Shown here one piece after another: positions 1 through 9,691 of a DNA stretch of 64,000 nucleotides; the first letter of the stretch is position 1, and the number at the start of each line of letters is the position of its first letter. The translations under genes were made by a program, and so were the position numbers. This DNA comes from Candidatus Latescibacterota bacterium (GTDB lineage: Bacteria > Latescibacterota > UBA2968), in NCBI GenBank assembly GCA_965204375.1, contig OZ241986.1:224001-288000 (forward strand), read 5' to 3'. The notes beneath the pieces were generated by a model that was given only the letters and a program-made list of their open reading frames with translations, searched no databases and had not been told where the DNA came from.

Positions 1-742
1 CCTGACTGCGCCGCACACGCCGATTGTTCCAATAGATGAATTTAAGGGTATGAGCGAGGCGGGTGAGTACGGAGATTTTGTGTGTGAAGTGGATTGGACT
101 GTGGGCGAGGTGATGGCGGCTCTTGATCGAAGAGGGATTGCCGAGAATACGCTGATTATTTTTACCAGCGATAATGGGCCGGAAAATTTCGCGTATAGAC
201 GGATCCAGGAATACGGGCATTACAGTATGGATGGCTTGCGAGGGTTGAAACGCGATGTGTGGGAAGGTGGGCACCGGGTTCCGTTTATTGCCAGGTGGCC
301 CGGTCAGATTGAGGGGGACCGGGTTTGCGATGAGGTGATTTGTATGTCCGATTTTATGGCTACGGTGGCGGCGATAACCGGCGTGTCTTTGTCGGAAGAT
401 ATGGGTGAAGATAGTTATAATATATTGCCCGCGCTTTTGGATGAGGCTTTTGATACGCCTATTCGGGAGGCAACTGTGCATCACAGTATTCGAGGGAAGT
501 TTGCCATTCGGAAGGGGCGCTGGGTGTTGATTGATGCACCCAATGGGGATGATAATAAAGAACCGGATTGGTTTGTGGATGAACGCGGATATGTGCCCCA
601 CGATCATCCGGGCGAACTTTTTGATCTCGAACGCGATCGGATTGAGCGATTTAACCGTTATGGAGAATATCCCGAGGTCGTTGAAGAACTCAAAACTTTG
701 CTCGAAAAGTATAAGCGAGAGGGCCGAAGTGTTTCGCGCTGA
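1..742 (+). CDS. Arylsulfatase/sulfatase family protein, C-terminal part (begins left of window)
   Basis: Motifs 'NTLIIFTSDNG', 'LRGLKRDVWEGGHRVPFIARWPG', 'ELFDL...E..N'; frame is open to the window edge (HTPIVP just upstream of the track start). Confidence 0.9.
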   Translation, partial: LTAPHTPIVPIDEFKGMSEAGEYGDFVCEVDWTVGEVMAALDRRGIAENTLIIFTSDNGPENFAYRRIQEYGHYSMDGLRGLKRDVWEGGHRVPFIARWPGQIEGDRVCDEVICMSDFMATVAAITGVSLSEDMGEDSYNILPALLDEAFDTPIREATVHHSIRGKFAIRKGRWVLIDAPNGDDNKEPDWFVDERGYVPHDHPGELFDLERDRIERFNRYGEYPEVVEELKTLLEKYKREGRSVSR

Positions 743-753
743 GCGGTAGAGGA

Positions 754-1695
754 ATGAATTTTATGAGATGTATTTTTTGCATCCTGATTGTATTTGCTTG
801 TATTGGCACGGCCAGAGCAGAGATACAGGTCGCGTTTCGCTTTGAGGCTGTTTTTGGCGAAGTAGGGGGTGGCGATGGGCAGTTTCTCGATCCCGAGGGA
901 TTGACTCTGGATACGTCGGGCAATGTGTTTGTGGTGGATACCGGGAATGATCGCGTCCAAAAATTGTCTCCAACTGGCACCTTTTTGAGGGCAGTGGGAG
1001 GACCGGGCTGGGAAGATGGGCAATTTAATAAACCGGGTGGTATTGCCGCGAGCAAGGGGCTGGAGATTTATGTAGCCGATGGTCGAAATCGTCGCATTCA
1101 GGTGTTTAATCTCAATTTGCGTCTTCTATCGGTGATTGGCGGGGCGGATGCTGGTGGTTCTATGGATCTGGGTACGCTCAGTGGTATTGCCGTGTCGGAT
1201 GCAGATGAGATTTTGGTGAGCGATATCGATGCGGATCAACTGGTGCAGATCGATACGTATAGCCGCGTTGATCGCAGTTTTGGTGGGTTTGGGTATGGGG
1301 CTGGCAATTTGCGGCGGCCTTTGGGGATCGCAATAGAGGGGCGTGAGGTGGTTTATGTTTGCGATAGCGAGAATGATCGGATTGCGGTATTCGACAGGTT
1401 TGGCAATTTTCAAAAGACGATGGGTAAAGATATTTTATTGCAGCCCTCGGCGCTGTGCGTGGGGCCTGAGCGGACGTTGATTGTAGCGGATACGGGCCAC
1501 CATCGCATTGTGGTTTTTGATCTCGATTCTGGCGGGGTTGCAGGGTTGTTGGGCGGTCCCGATCCGGGAAAGGGTGCGATGGCGTTCCAATTTCCCCGGG
1601 GTGTCGTGCTTGGACGCGCTGGCAGGTTGTTCGTTCTGGATTCGGGTAATGGGCGCATTCAGAAGTTGCAAATACAAGTTTCAAGGATGAAGTAG
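754..1695 (+). CDS. Secreted NHL-repeat beta-propeller protein
   Basis: Signal peptide ending in ARA; about six NHL repeats (F..P.G+A+...++V+D+GN.R+Q). Confidence 0.85.
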   Translation: MNFMRCIFCILIVFACIGTARAEIQVAFRFEAVFGEVGGGDGQFLDPEGLTLDTSGNVFVVDTGNDRVQKLSPTGTFLRAVGGPGWEDGQFNKPGGIAASKGLEIYVADGRNRRIQVFNLNLRLLSVIGGADAGGSMDLGTLSGIAVSDADEILVSDIDADQLVQIDTYSRVDRSFGGFGYGAGNLRRPLGIAIEGREVVYVCDSENDRIAVFDRFGNFQKTMGKDILLQPSALCVGPERTLIVADTGHHRIVVFDLDSGGVAGLLGGPDPGKGAMAFQFPRGVVLGRAGRLFVLDSGNGRIQKLQIQVSRMK

Positions 1696-1800
1696 AAAGT
1701 GTGAAGTGTGAAGTAGGAAGTGTGAAAGGTGAGATGAAACACCAGCCTTTGGGCGGTTGGGTGGGGTTTCTCACTTCTCCCTTCTTCCTTCTTACTTTCT
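1690..1800. repeat. Inverted pair of degenerate heptamer tandem arrays (AAGTGTG/AAGTAGG then TTCTCAC/TTCTTAC)
   Basis: aagtaga aagtgtg aagtgtg aagtagg aagtgtg aaaggtg at 1690-1731; ttctcac ttctccc ttcttcc ttcttac at 1768-1795. Confidence 0.7.
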
Positions 1801-1855
1801 TGGATGTTCCGCAGGGGCGGGATGTCCTATTTTTTTTAGACACGAGACGCGAGAG

Positions 1856-4800
1856 ATGAGTTTTGACACCCTTCGTATTGCTCAGAGTATTGCATTTTTT
1901 TTCTTGTGCGTTGTGACGGTACACGCACAGGTTCCCGTGCCAGAGCAGTTTACGTTGTTCGATGGGGAGAAGGTGTTTCAATCGGATGGGAGCCGCGGGC
2001 CTTTTGCGATTTCTGACCGTGCGATTGAGGCGGCGAGCGAACGGGTTTGGGTAGATGGGGTGTTGCGCATTCGGGATCGAGATTATGTGGTGGATGCCGA
2101 TCGCGCGTTGCTGACGCTTTTGCGAGATGTTGCGCGGGGTGTGGAGATTGTGGTGCGTTTTAGACAGCGTCCTCTGGTGACCGCGCCTGTGGTTCAGCGT
2201 CGCCAGTTTCAACCGGGGGAAGGTGGTGAGGATCAACCGATTGTGCGCGTGTTTTCTCCGCCTGTTGTGCGAGATAGGGATGAAGAGCAGAAGTTGACGA
2301 TTGGCGGTCATAAGAGTATTTCTGTAACTGCGGGATCTCAACACGCGGTTCATCAGGCTTTGCAGTTGCGTATTTCGGGCGAGGTTGCCGAGGGGGTCAA
2401 TTTATTGACTGTGCTGTCCGATCGCAATTTGCCAATAGGCGAGCAGGGGGGATCAAAGCGGTTGCAGGAATTGGATCGCGTGTTTTTTCAGGTTGACGCC
2501 GATCAGGTATCGGCTACGCTCGGCGATCTCGATGTGGCGTTTGACGGGACTGTGTTTGGGCGCTATCGGAGGCAGTTGCAGGGCGCGCGCGTGTTGGCCC
2601 ATCGGGAGAAGGGGCAGGTTGCGGTTTTTGGGGCGGTATCGCGGGGGCGTTGGGAAACGCGGCGGCTGGTGACGGTTGAGGGGTTTCAGGGACCTTATTC
2701 ATTGTCCGGTGGTGGCTTGAGAGGACAAATTGTGCCGGAGTCTGAGCGCGTGTATCTCAATGGGCGATTGCTCATCCGCGGGGATGGGGCAGATTATACG
2801 ATTGATTACGAGCGCGGGCATGTGGCGTTTATGCCTGAGATACCGATTGGGGTCGAGAGCCGCGTTACAGTGGAGTATCAGGTGATTGATGCCGGTATGA
2901 GAAGCCGGCTGATGGGTATGGAGTCCCGCGTGTCGCTCGGTGAGGGAATGTCTGTGGGGACGACGCTGATTCGAGAGTCTGATCGTCCCTCATTGTCGCC
3001 CGGAATAGCTTCAGTGCAGCGTCAGTTGGGGGTGGTGTATGCGACGTACACGCCGTGGTCAAATGCGTGCGTTTCTGGGGAGGTTGCCCTGAGTGATCGA
3101 GATTCGGGAAGCGGGCGGGGGGTTCGCATGGATGGCGCGTTTGCTGGGCGCAATTTTGAAGTCACGGGTCGGTTTCGTCAGGTTGGGGCCGATTTTGAAG
3201 CATTTGAGCGATTGGACAGAGGGCGGGCTGCCGGGCGATGGGGGTGGCAAGCCGATACTGCGCGAACCGCCCAACGCGAGGGCGAGGTGGCTGTGCGTTG
3301 GGATTTGGGCAAGGTGCTTTCTGTTACCGGGGAATACGGTCAGCATGTGGGTGTTGTGCGAACAGATCGGAAGAGTGTGGGGATCCGTTCGCCCGTGGGA
3401 ATGTACCGCTATGAGTCGCTCGGGCGCGATAGTGGTGGGATGCGCCGGCACGAGGGGCAGGTTGAAGTGTCGATGGGGGAGATTGTGCCGGGATTCCGCT
3501 TTTCGCTGGAAAATGGAGTGGGCGATGGTGTGAGTAGCAGTTCGCTTTTTTATGCGGCGCGTCCGCGTGTTTTGCCCCAGGGCATTGACAAACAGGAGTT
3601 GGTGTGGCACATGGGCATTGGCGAAGGACGAAATTGGTCGTGGGTATCGGAGTTGAAATATCGGAAGTTCAGGCAGAGAGAAACGGTGTGGCAGGATAGT
3701 TTGCGCGGTTGGTTGCATACCCACAGGGCACAGGTGACAAATTGGAAGGGCTGGATTTTTTCTGGTTCTTATACGCACGGCGAAATCCAGATCGGGCGCG
3801 AACGTCAGCAGACGACGACGCATCTGGGGCGCGTGCGATTGGGGCATAATCGTCCCGGCTCGTCACATCAGATAACGTATCGCGTTTCGAGTACGCGGGT
3901 CAGTCAGCCCATTTTTGTCGAGGTAGCGTCCGGGCTGGGAGAATATATTTGGGAGGATGCCAATGGCGATGGTTTGCGCGATGTGGAAGAGTTTGTGCCC
4001 GATGTCGATGGCGATTATGTGCGGGTTTATGATTACGGGCAGTTTGCCCCTGCTCGCGATGGTGCGCTGGGCATGCGCGTGGAAATTGATTTTCGGCGTT
4101 TGATTGGAGATGAGCACTTTTTATCCGTTGTTGCGCTGGATGCATCGCTGCGTACAGAGCGGCAGATTGCGATTGGGACAAAGCACGCGGCTCCTTGGAA
4201 TCTGTTTGGTTTTGATGCGGGTGCTGGGATTTTGGGTGCTCGCAGGGATGGGCTGGTGCGTCTTTATTTGTTTCGGTATCACAGGCGGGGATCGCTGCGT
4301 TTGACTGCGCGCGTGCGCGATCAGGTCAATCGGGCGTTTTACGGAGGTGCTGCCGAATTTTTTGTGCAGGGTGGCGCGTTGGGAAAATTGAGGCCTGTCG
4401 ATCGCCTTGAACTGGAGACGGAATTTGATTTGGGGCACAGAGCACGCGAAGGCGCAGGTGCTTTTGCCTATCGCATTGATGGGGCGAGTGGTGCGCTGCG
4501 CTGCGCGTTCAGGTCTGCGCATAAATGGTATTTGCGTTTGGGCGTTTTGAGTGGGCGAGATTGGGAACGCGTCCGGGCGTTGCGTGCGTGGCATATCGGC
4601 GTTCAGCCAGAGGTGATTTACGCTTTGCCCGGTCGCGGGCGATTGCGCGGGCGATTGGATTGGACGCGGGTTTGGGCGACGGATACAGCACCCTTATTTT
4701 TGGGGTTGGCAAGGGGAAATCGCCAGGGACAGAACTGGGCGTGGCGATTGGGGATGGATTACCGTTTTGGCAAATATGTATCGGCGCGGGTGATGTACGA

Positions 4801-4867
4801 TGGGCGCGTAAGACCTGCTCGTCAGACCATACATCTCGGGCGCGTGGAGATGCGGGCGGTGTTTTGA
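1856..4867 (+). CDS. Large (~1000 aa) secreted/outer-membrane beta-rich protein of unknown function
   Basis: Probable ATG at 1856 followed by a signal peptide (..VTVHA|Q); two 'SERV++.G....RG/D.DY.+D...' modules; amphipathic beta-strands; C-terminal Phe (EMRAVF). Confidence 0.7.
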   Translation: MSFDTLRIAQSIAFFFLCVVTVHAQVPVPEQFTLFDGEKVFQSDGSRGPFAISDRAIEAASERVWVDGVLRIRDRDYVVDADRALLTLLRDVARGVEIVVRFRQRPLVTAPVVQRRQFQPGEGGEDQPIVRVFSPPVVRDRDEEQKLTIGGHKSISVTAGSQHAVHQALQLRISGEVAEGVNLLTVLSDRNLPIGEQGGSKRLQELDRVFFQVDADQVSATLGDLDVAFDGTVFGRYRRQLQGARVLAHREKGQVAVFGAVSRGRWETRRLVTVEGFQGPYSLSGGGLRGQIVPESERVYLNGRLLIRGDGADYTIDYERGHVAFMPEIPIGVESRVTVEYQVIDAGMRSRLMGMESRVSLGEGMSVGTTLIRESDRPSLSPGIASVQRQLGVVYATYTPWSNACVSGEVALSDRDSGSGRGVRMDGAFAGRNFEVTGRFRQVGADFEAFERLDRGRAAGRWGWQADTARTAQREGEVAVRWDLGKVLSVTGEYGQHVGVVRTDRKSVGIRSPVGMYRYESLGRDSGGMRRHEGQVEVSMGEIVPGFRFSLENGVGDGVSSSSLFYAARPRVLPQGIDKQELVWHMGIGEGRNWSWVSELKYRKFRQRETVWQDSLRGWLHTHRAQVTNWKGWIFSGSYTHGEIQIGRERQQTTTHLGRVRLGHNRPGSSHQITYRVSSTRVSQPIFVEVASGLGEYIWEDANGDGLRDVEEFVPDVDGDYVRVYDYGQFAPARDGALGMRVEIDFRRLIGDEHFLSVVALDASLRTERQIAIGTKHAAPWNLFGFDAGAGILGARRDGLVRLYLFRYHRRGSLRLTARVRDQVNRAFYGGAAEFFVQGGALGKLRPVDRLELETEFDLGHRAREGAGAFAYRIDGASGALRCAFRSAHKWYLRLGVLSGRDWERVRALRAWHIGVQPEVIYALPGRGRLRGRLDWTRVWATDTAPLFLGLARGNRQGQNWAWRLGMDYRFGKYVSARVMYDGRVRPARQTIHLGRVEMRAVF

Positions 4868-4976
4868 TCCGCAGAAAAAAACGCGAGTAATTTGAGCGTT
4901 TTTCGCAGATGAACGCAGATGGAAAATCAAATGCAGGAGCGGCATCCCTGCCGCGATTGGGGCTGAGAATAGGTAG

Positions 4977-6647
4977 ATGAATACAGATAAATACATAAAG
5001 GTATGGCGATACTTTCTGCTTGCGATGTGGATGGTCTGTGTCGCGTCCAGCGCGGGGGGAGAGGTGCGTGCGATTGTGAAGCGCGTGCAGGTTGAAGGTG
5101 CGCGGTCTGTAAGTGTGCGCGATGTGCGGGGATGGTTGGTTACGCGGTCAGGGGTTGCGGTGGATTCGGCGTTGTTGCGAAAGGATGTTTCCCGCATTTT
5201 GAAGGGGTATCAGGCGCGTGGATTCTGGCATGTGGCGGTGGCTTTTCCCAGGGTTGCAATGCGCGGTGGCGATGTGGCGGTGGCTTTTGAGATTACTGAG
5301 GGGGTGCGTACACGGGTTGCGTCTGTGGCGTTACACGGTGATTTGATCTTTGAGCAATCGGATGTGCTTATGGCTTTTGGTCTGGCGCAGGGTATGGTGT
5401 TGCTCGAAAGCGATTTGAACCAGCGGTTGGATCATCTGTTGCGTTTTTATGAAGATCGGGGCTACCCGTTTTGTGCGTTGCGTCCAGATGTGCAATTTGA
5501 TGGCGATGGCGCGTGCGTGCAGGTGGTGGTGTCGCCCGGTCCTCTGGTGCATGTCGATGCGGTGCGTTTTGAGGGCAATCAAACGACTCGAGAAGATGTT
5601 TTGTTGCGGCATATTTCGTTTGTGGCAGGCGAGGTCTATGACCAGCGTCGCGTGGATGCTTTTGTGAGGCGGTTGCAGATTTTGCCGTTTATTGACCGGG
5701 TTTATACGCCTGAATTCGTATCTACCAATGATGAGATGACTCTTGTGATCAGTGTGGAAGAGTCGCGACATACGCGCATTGAAGGGGCGCTCGGTGTGGG
5801 ATCTGGACAGGGTTTGACCGGGGAGATTGCGCTCGATGTTCTGAATTTTTCCGGTGGGGGGCGAGAGGGTTATGCGCTTTGGTCTCGGCAGGGGGTGGGG
5901 TTGTCGAATTTGCGCGTGTCGTATCGCGAACCCTATGTGTTAAAAAGTCCGCTTTCTGGTTGGGGGGTGGTGGAGATGGTTGCGCGCCCGGGGTATGTGA
6001 CGCATAAGTTTGGAGGGGGTGTAGATGTTTCTGTGGGTGATGGCGCGCGCTTTTTTGGTGGTGTTGCACACAGGCGCGTTTTGCCCGATTCCACGGGGTT
6101 GGAATTTTACGGGGCTGAAAGGATGTGGTCTCTCGAGTCGGGTGTTCGATTTGATCGGCGAGGGCATTCTATGAGCGGCTGGCTGGCGGAGATCAGGGGA
6201 GAGGTCGGCGAGGTTTCAGGTGGGATCAGGCGGGTGCAGTGGGGGGTTGATGGTCAGGTGTTTTTGCCTGTGGACAGGCAGTCTGTTATTGCGGGACGGG
6301 CGCGCGCTATGTGGGTGGGACAAAAGGGGGATGTGCCGCAGTCTGCCGGTATCTGGCTGGGGGGCGCACAATCGCTGCGGGGCTATCGGGAGGAGATGTT
6401 CTGGGGGACAAATGCGGGGTGGGTCAATGTGGAGTGGCGGTGGTTGTTGGGGCCGAAAGCGCGGCTTTTTGCATTTGTCGATGTGGGCAGGATTGAAGGG
6501 GCAGGGACGCGTTCATGGCCCGTGTCCTATGGTGTAGGTCTTTTGGCAAATGGACGTATGGGTGCAGTTGGGATAGATTATGGTTTGCCACGGGGTGAGA
6601 GTTTGGGGCAGGGTATGGTGCATGTGCGGATGGTCAGTGCGTTTTAG
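4977..6647 (+). CDS. Omp85 (BamA/TamA) family outer membrane protein with POTRA domains
   Basis: Signal peptide; POTRA-like repeats ('V..V.FEGN..TRE.VL'); 'LGGAQSLRGYRE' L6 motif; C-terminal Phe. Confidence 0.85.
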   Translation: MNTDKYIKVWRYFLLAMWMVCVASSAGGEVRAIVKRVQVEGARSVSVRDVRGWLVTRSGVAVDSALLRKDVSRILKGYQARGFWHVAVAFPRVAMRGGDVAVAFEITEGVRTRVASVALHGDLIFEQSDVLMAFGLAQGMVLLESDLNQRLDHLLRFYEDRGYPFCALRPDVQFDGDGACVQVVVSPGPLVHVDAVRFEGNQTTREDVLLRHISFVAGEVYDQRRVDAFVRRLQILPFIDRVYTPEFVSTNDEMTLVISVEESRHTRIEGALGVGSGQGLTGEIALDVLNFSGGGREGYALWSRQGVGLSNLRVSYREPYVLKSPLSGWGVVEMVARPGYVTHKFGGGVDVSVGDGARFFGGVAHRRVLPDSTGLEFYGAERMWSLESGVRFDRRGHSMSGWLAEIRGEVGEVSGGIRRVQWGVDGQVFLPVDRQSVIAGRARAMWVGQKGDVPQSAGIWLGGAQSLRGYREEMFWGTNAGWVNVEWRWLLGPKARLFAFVDVGRIEGAGTRSWPVSYGVGLLANGRMGAVGIDYGLPRGESLGQGMVHVRMVSAF

Positions 6648-6757
6648 TTTGTGATAAAAAGCGCGAATAGACGGAGCGGTGTACAACTGACCGCCTCTCA
6701 GGCCAGTTCATAGACGAACCCCGCCCCGAACCCAAAACCATTGCGATTTTTGGCGCT

Positions 6758-6800
6758 GATTCGTAGATTTGTAGATTCGTAGATTCGTAGATTCGTAGAT
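6758..6800 (+). repeat. Tandem 8-bp repeat (GATTCGTA) x5
   Basis: gattcgta gatttgta gattcgta gattcgta gattcgta gat, ending 46 bp upstream of the next ATG. Confidence 0.9.
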
Positions 6801-6846
6801 GAACTGCTGGCGCAGTTGTACCCCGTTCCGTAGAAAGGAGAGTTTT

Positions 6847-8772
6847 ATGTTGAGCAGGATTCGCAGTATCATGCTGGTAACACTTGCCGCGGGTCTCATG
6901 TGGGGCTGTGGCGGCGAGCGCGGGATGGAGCCTTCCGGAGTAGATGAGCAGATTGGACGTCCGCTGAGTAAAATGGCTGTAGCGGGTGGTGGTATGTCTC
7001 AAGCGACGGTAGTGGCGACTGTGTCGCAAGATGATGCGCTTGTGGCAGGTGTGATGGTCGAGTTTGCGCGTTCTATTGCCGGGCAGGCGCCCGATTATCA
7101 GTGGTCGGGTATGACTGATGAGATGGGTCGCGTCACGGTGGAGATATCCGGCCAGGCGAGTGGATATTATCAGGCGCGTGCGTCTCGGGATGGCTCTGTG
7201 ATGGGGCGTTGGTCGAGTATTCCGATCAATGGAGGCTATACGTCAACAGTTGCGTTGCCCATTGGTGGGATGGCACGAGTGATAGGTTCGTCTCGACCCA
7301 TATCAGTTGGCCTTGTCGTGTCCCAAACGGGGCGGCTATCCGCGGTAGGACAGGCGTTTATCAGTGGCTTTGAAATGGCTCGTGAAGAGGTGGAATCGCA
7401 GCCGGGCGGTGCGAGTTTGAGGTTTATTATCGAGGATGATCAGAGTACAATAGAAGGGGGTAAGGCTGCGTATAATAAACTCATTCATGAAGATGGCGTG
7501 CCGGCTATTCTCGGTGTTTTTTCTTCTACCATCGTGCGCGAGGTGTTTCCCATTGCGCAGGAAAATGGGGTTGTGGCGATTAGTCCCACTTCGGCTGCGC
7601 GCGGCCTCAGCGCAATTGGCGATTTTGTTTTTCGCGTCAGTCTTACCGTTGATGCGTTGATTCCGAGCAGTGTAAAACTGACTCGAGAAAAATTGGGCTA
7701 TGAGCGCGTGGCTACGATGTTTGAAAGCGGAGATGTTTTTTCGCAGAGTAGCGACGAAGTGTTGAAAAGTGCCTTTAGTGAGAATGGCGTCGAGGTTCTC
7801 ACTACTGAGACTTTTGAAACCGGCGATATGGATTTTTCCGCACAGTTTTCCCGGATTGTGGCGTTGAATCCAGATGCGATTTTTGTTTCGGCTTTGCCAG
7901 CAGGGAGGATACAGGCTCTGATCGATGGGAGACAACACGGCATTCCTATTCTGATTCCCGGGCTCACTATAGACGAGGTAGATCGCGCTGGGGAGGCGGC
8001 CGAGGGGGCAATTAGTTTTACGTCGTGGAGCAGCACGGGCAATATACCGGCCAATCGCGCCTTTATTGAGAATTACATGGCGAAATACGGCACCGAACCG
8101 AACCGATACGCCGCTACGGCCTACGCGACGGTTCATATTTTTGCAAAGGCGATTGCAGATGCCCCGTCCTCCGATCCGCGCGCAATTCGGGATGCGCTGG
8201 CTCAAATCGAGAATTTGGATACGGTTTTGGGCGCGTTCTCATTTGACGCCAATGGAGATGCGATTTTCAATCCGGCTGTTGTGGTTGTTAAGGATGGGAA
8301 ATTTGAGAATTTTGGGTCGTCACTGCCAACGGCAACTGCGATTATTAACGAGACGAATGAAAGCGGCTTAACCGGAAAAGCGGTTTTCACACAGAACGGC
8401 GATAATATCAAGTTCGTCATCTCAGTCGCTAATGCGTCTCCAGGCGAACACGCTGTCCATATCCACGAAACTGGCGATTGCAGTGCATCGGACGGAACTT
8501 CGGCTGGCGGGCATTGGAATCCCACTGGCGTGGCACACGGAAAATGGGGCGAAGGTGAATTTCATCTGGGTGACATCGGCAATTTGACAGCCAATGCACA
8601 GGGCATGGGAAAACTTGAACTGACGACAAATCTTTGGGAGATGAACACTGGCTCAGATATAGATTTTGTCGGAAAAGCGATTATCGTCCATGCGGATGCT
8701 GATGATTTTGTCTCACAACCTTCGGGGAATGCTGGCCCGCGAATTGGTTGCGGCGTGATTAAAATGGATTGA
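6847..8772 (+). CDS. Lipoprotein: N-terminal beta domain + branched-chain amino acid (LivJ/Peripla_BP_6) binding domain + Cu/Zn superoxide dismutase domain
   Basis: RBS AAGGAG before ATG 6847; lipobox LMWG|C; SBP motifs 'IIEDDQS', 'GDMDFSAQ', 'GAFSFDANGD'; SOD motifs HAVHIHE, GDCS, SAGGHWNP, HLGDIGN, IIVHA, GNAGPRIGCGVI. Confidence 0.85.
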   Translation: MLSRIRSIMLVTLAAGLMWGCGGERGMEPSGVDEQIGRPLSKMAVAGGGMSQATVVATVSQDDALVAGVMVEFARSIAGQAPDYQWSGMTDEMGRVTVEISGQASGYYQARASRDGSVMGRWSSIPINGGYTSTVALPIGGMARVIGSSRPISVGLVVSQTGRLSAVGQAFISGFEMAREEVESQPGGASLRFIIEDDQSTIEGGKAAYNKLIHEDGVPAILGVFSSTIVREVFPIAQENGVVAISPTSAARGLSAIGDFVFRVSLTVDALIPSSVKLTREKLGYERVATMFESGDVFSQSSDEVLKSAFSENGVEVLTTETFETGDMDFSAQFSRIVALNPDAIFVSALPAGRIQALIDGRQHGIPILIPGLTIDEVDRAGEAAEGAISFTSWSSTGNIPANRAFIENYMAKYGTEPNRYAATAYATVHIFAKAIADAPSSDPRAIRDALAQIENLDTVLGAFSFDANGDAIFNPAVVVVKDGKFENFGSSLPTATAIINETNESGLTGKAVFTQNGDNIKFVISVANASPGEHAVHIHETGDCSASDGTSAGGHWNPTGVAHGKWGEGEFHLGDIGNLTANAQGMGKLELTTNLWEMNTGSDIDFVGKAIIVHADADDFVSQPSGNAGPRIGCGVIKMD

Positions 8773-8818
8773 TCTATCGCGTTCCCTATGGGCGACGCTT
8801 AGTGTAGAGGACAAGTAG

Positions 8819-8852
8819 AGGGCGAGTTTTTTACTCGCCCTTTTTATTTTTT
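8819..8852 (+). terminator. Intrinsic terminator between convergent genes
   Basis: agggcgagt-N5-actcgccct followed by a T-rich tract. Confidence 0.75.
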
Positions 8853-8863
8853 GCCAGTGGATT

Positions 8864-9682
8864 TTAGAAAAAGGGGAAAAGTTTTGGGATGTTGGCATTT
8901 GTGAGCGCGCTGCCGTATTCGCAGCCTTCATAAGCTTCGGCATATTGGATTTTTGAGCCGCGTTCTGCACCGTAGTATTTGATCAATAGGTCGCGATAGC
9001 GATCCGCTATGACGCGAAATTGATTGAGGCGATGCCGCAACCATTCGCGGCGGCTCTGTGGGGATTCGGGTACCTGGTCGAGGTGGCCCGCGTTGAAGGG
9101 CAACCATTCGTACATTTGCGATGTGTGGCAGTGGAGCATGTCGAGTTTTTTTTCAATGACATCGTCTATGGCTATGACGACATCGGGAGAGAAAGGTTGC
9201 GGTTTCTGGAAGTTGTCGCTCAGGTACGCGATGACGGGATTGTACGACAGGGCGGGGGTGTCTGTGCAGATGTTGGGCACGGTGACCATGTATGCCGAGT
9301 CTTGCACGAGGATGGATGTGTAGCGGTGATCGGGATGGTAGTCGTTGGGGCGATGGGTCAGGATGAGGTCTGGCGTATAGTTGCGAATCAGGCGAATGAT
9401 TTTTTTGCGGTTTTCGAGGGTGGGTTCAAGTTCGCCATCGTGATTGTCGATTACGTGGTATTCGATGCCCGCGACCGCACCTGCTGCCTGGGCTTCGGCG
9501 CGGCGGCGGCGGGCGAGTTCAACGCCACCAATTTCGTGATGGCCCGCGTCGCCGTTGGTGACAGAGACAAATTTTACCTCGTGTCCGAGGTTTGCGTATT
9601 TGATGGCGATGCCGCCCGCTTTGATATCGCAATCGTCGGGATGAGCGCCAAAGACAATGATTTTCAGGGCATGGTTGTTCAT
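8864..9682 (-). CDS. PIG-L/LmbE family N-acetylhexosamine deacetylase
   Basis: 'GAHPDD', 'VTNGDAGH', 'DYHPDH' metal-binding motifs. Confidence 0.9.
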   Translation of the reverse strand: MNNHALKIIVFGAHPDDCDIKAGGIAIKYANLGHEVKFVSVTNGDAGHHEIGGVELARRRRAEAQAAGAVAGIEYHVIDNHDGELEPTLENRKKIIRLIRNYTPDLILTHRPNDYHPDHRYTSILVQDSAYMVTVPNICTDTPALSYNPVIAYLSDNFQKPQPFSPDVVIAIDDVIEKKLDMLHCHTSQMYEWLPFNAGHLDQVPESPQSRREWLRHRLNQFRVIADRYRDLLIKYYGAERGSKIQYAEAYEGCEYGSALTNANIPKLFPFF

Positions 9683-9691
9683 AGTAGTTCC

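Noticed and set aside
1178-2353. 391-aa minus-strand ORF and the many other overlapping antisense or alternate-frame ORFs in the track
   Set aside because: They shadow well-supported genes, have R/P/H-biased composition and show no recognisable motifs.
6758-6800. CRISPR array (the 33-bp repeat at 35245-35336 was also considered)
   Set aside because: The units are directly tandem with no unique spacers; there are no cas genes in the window.
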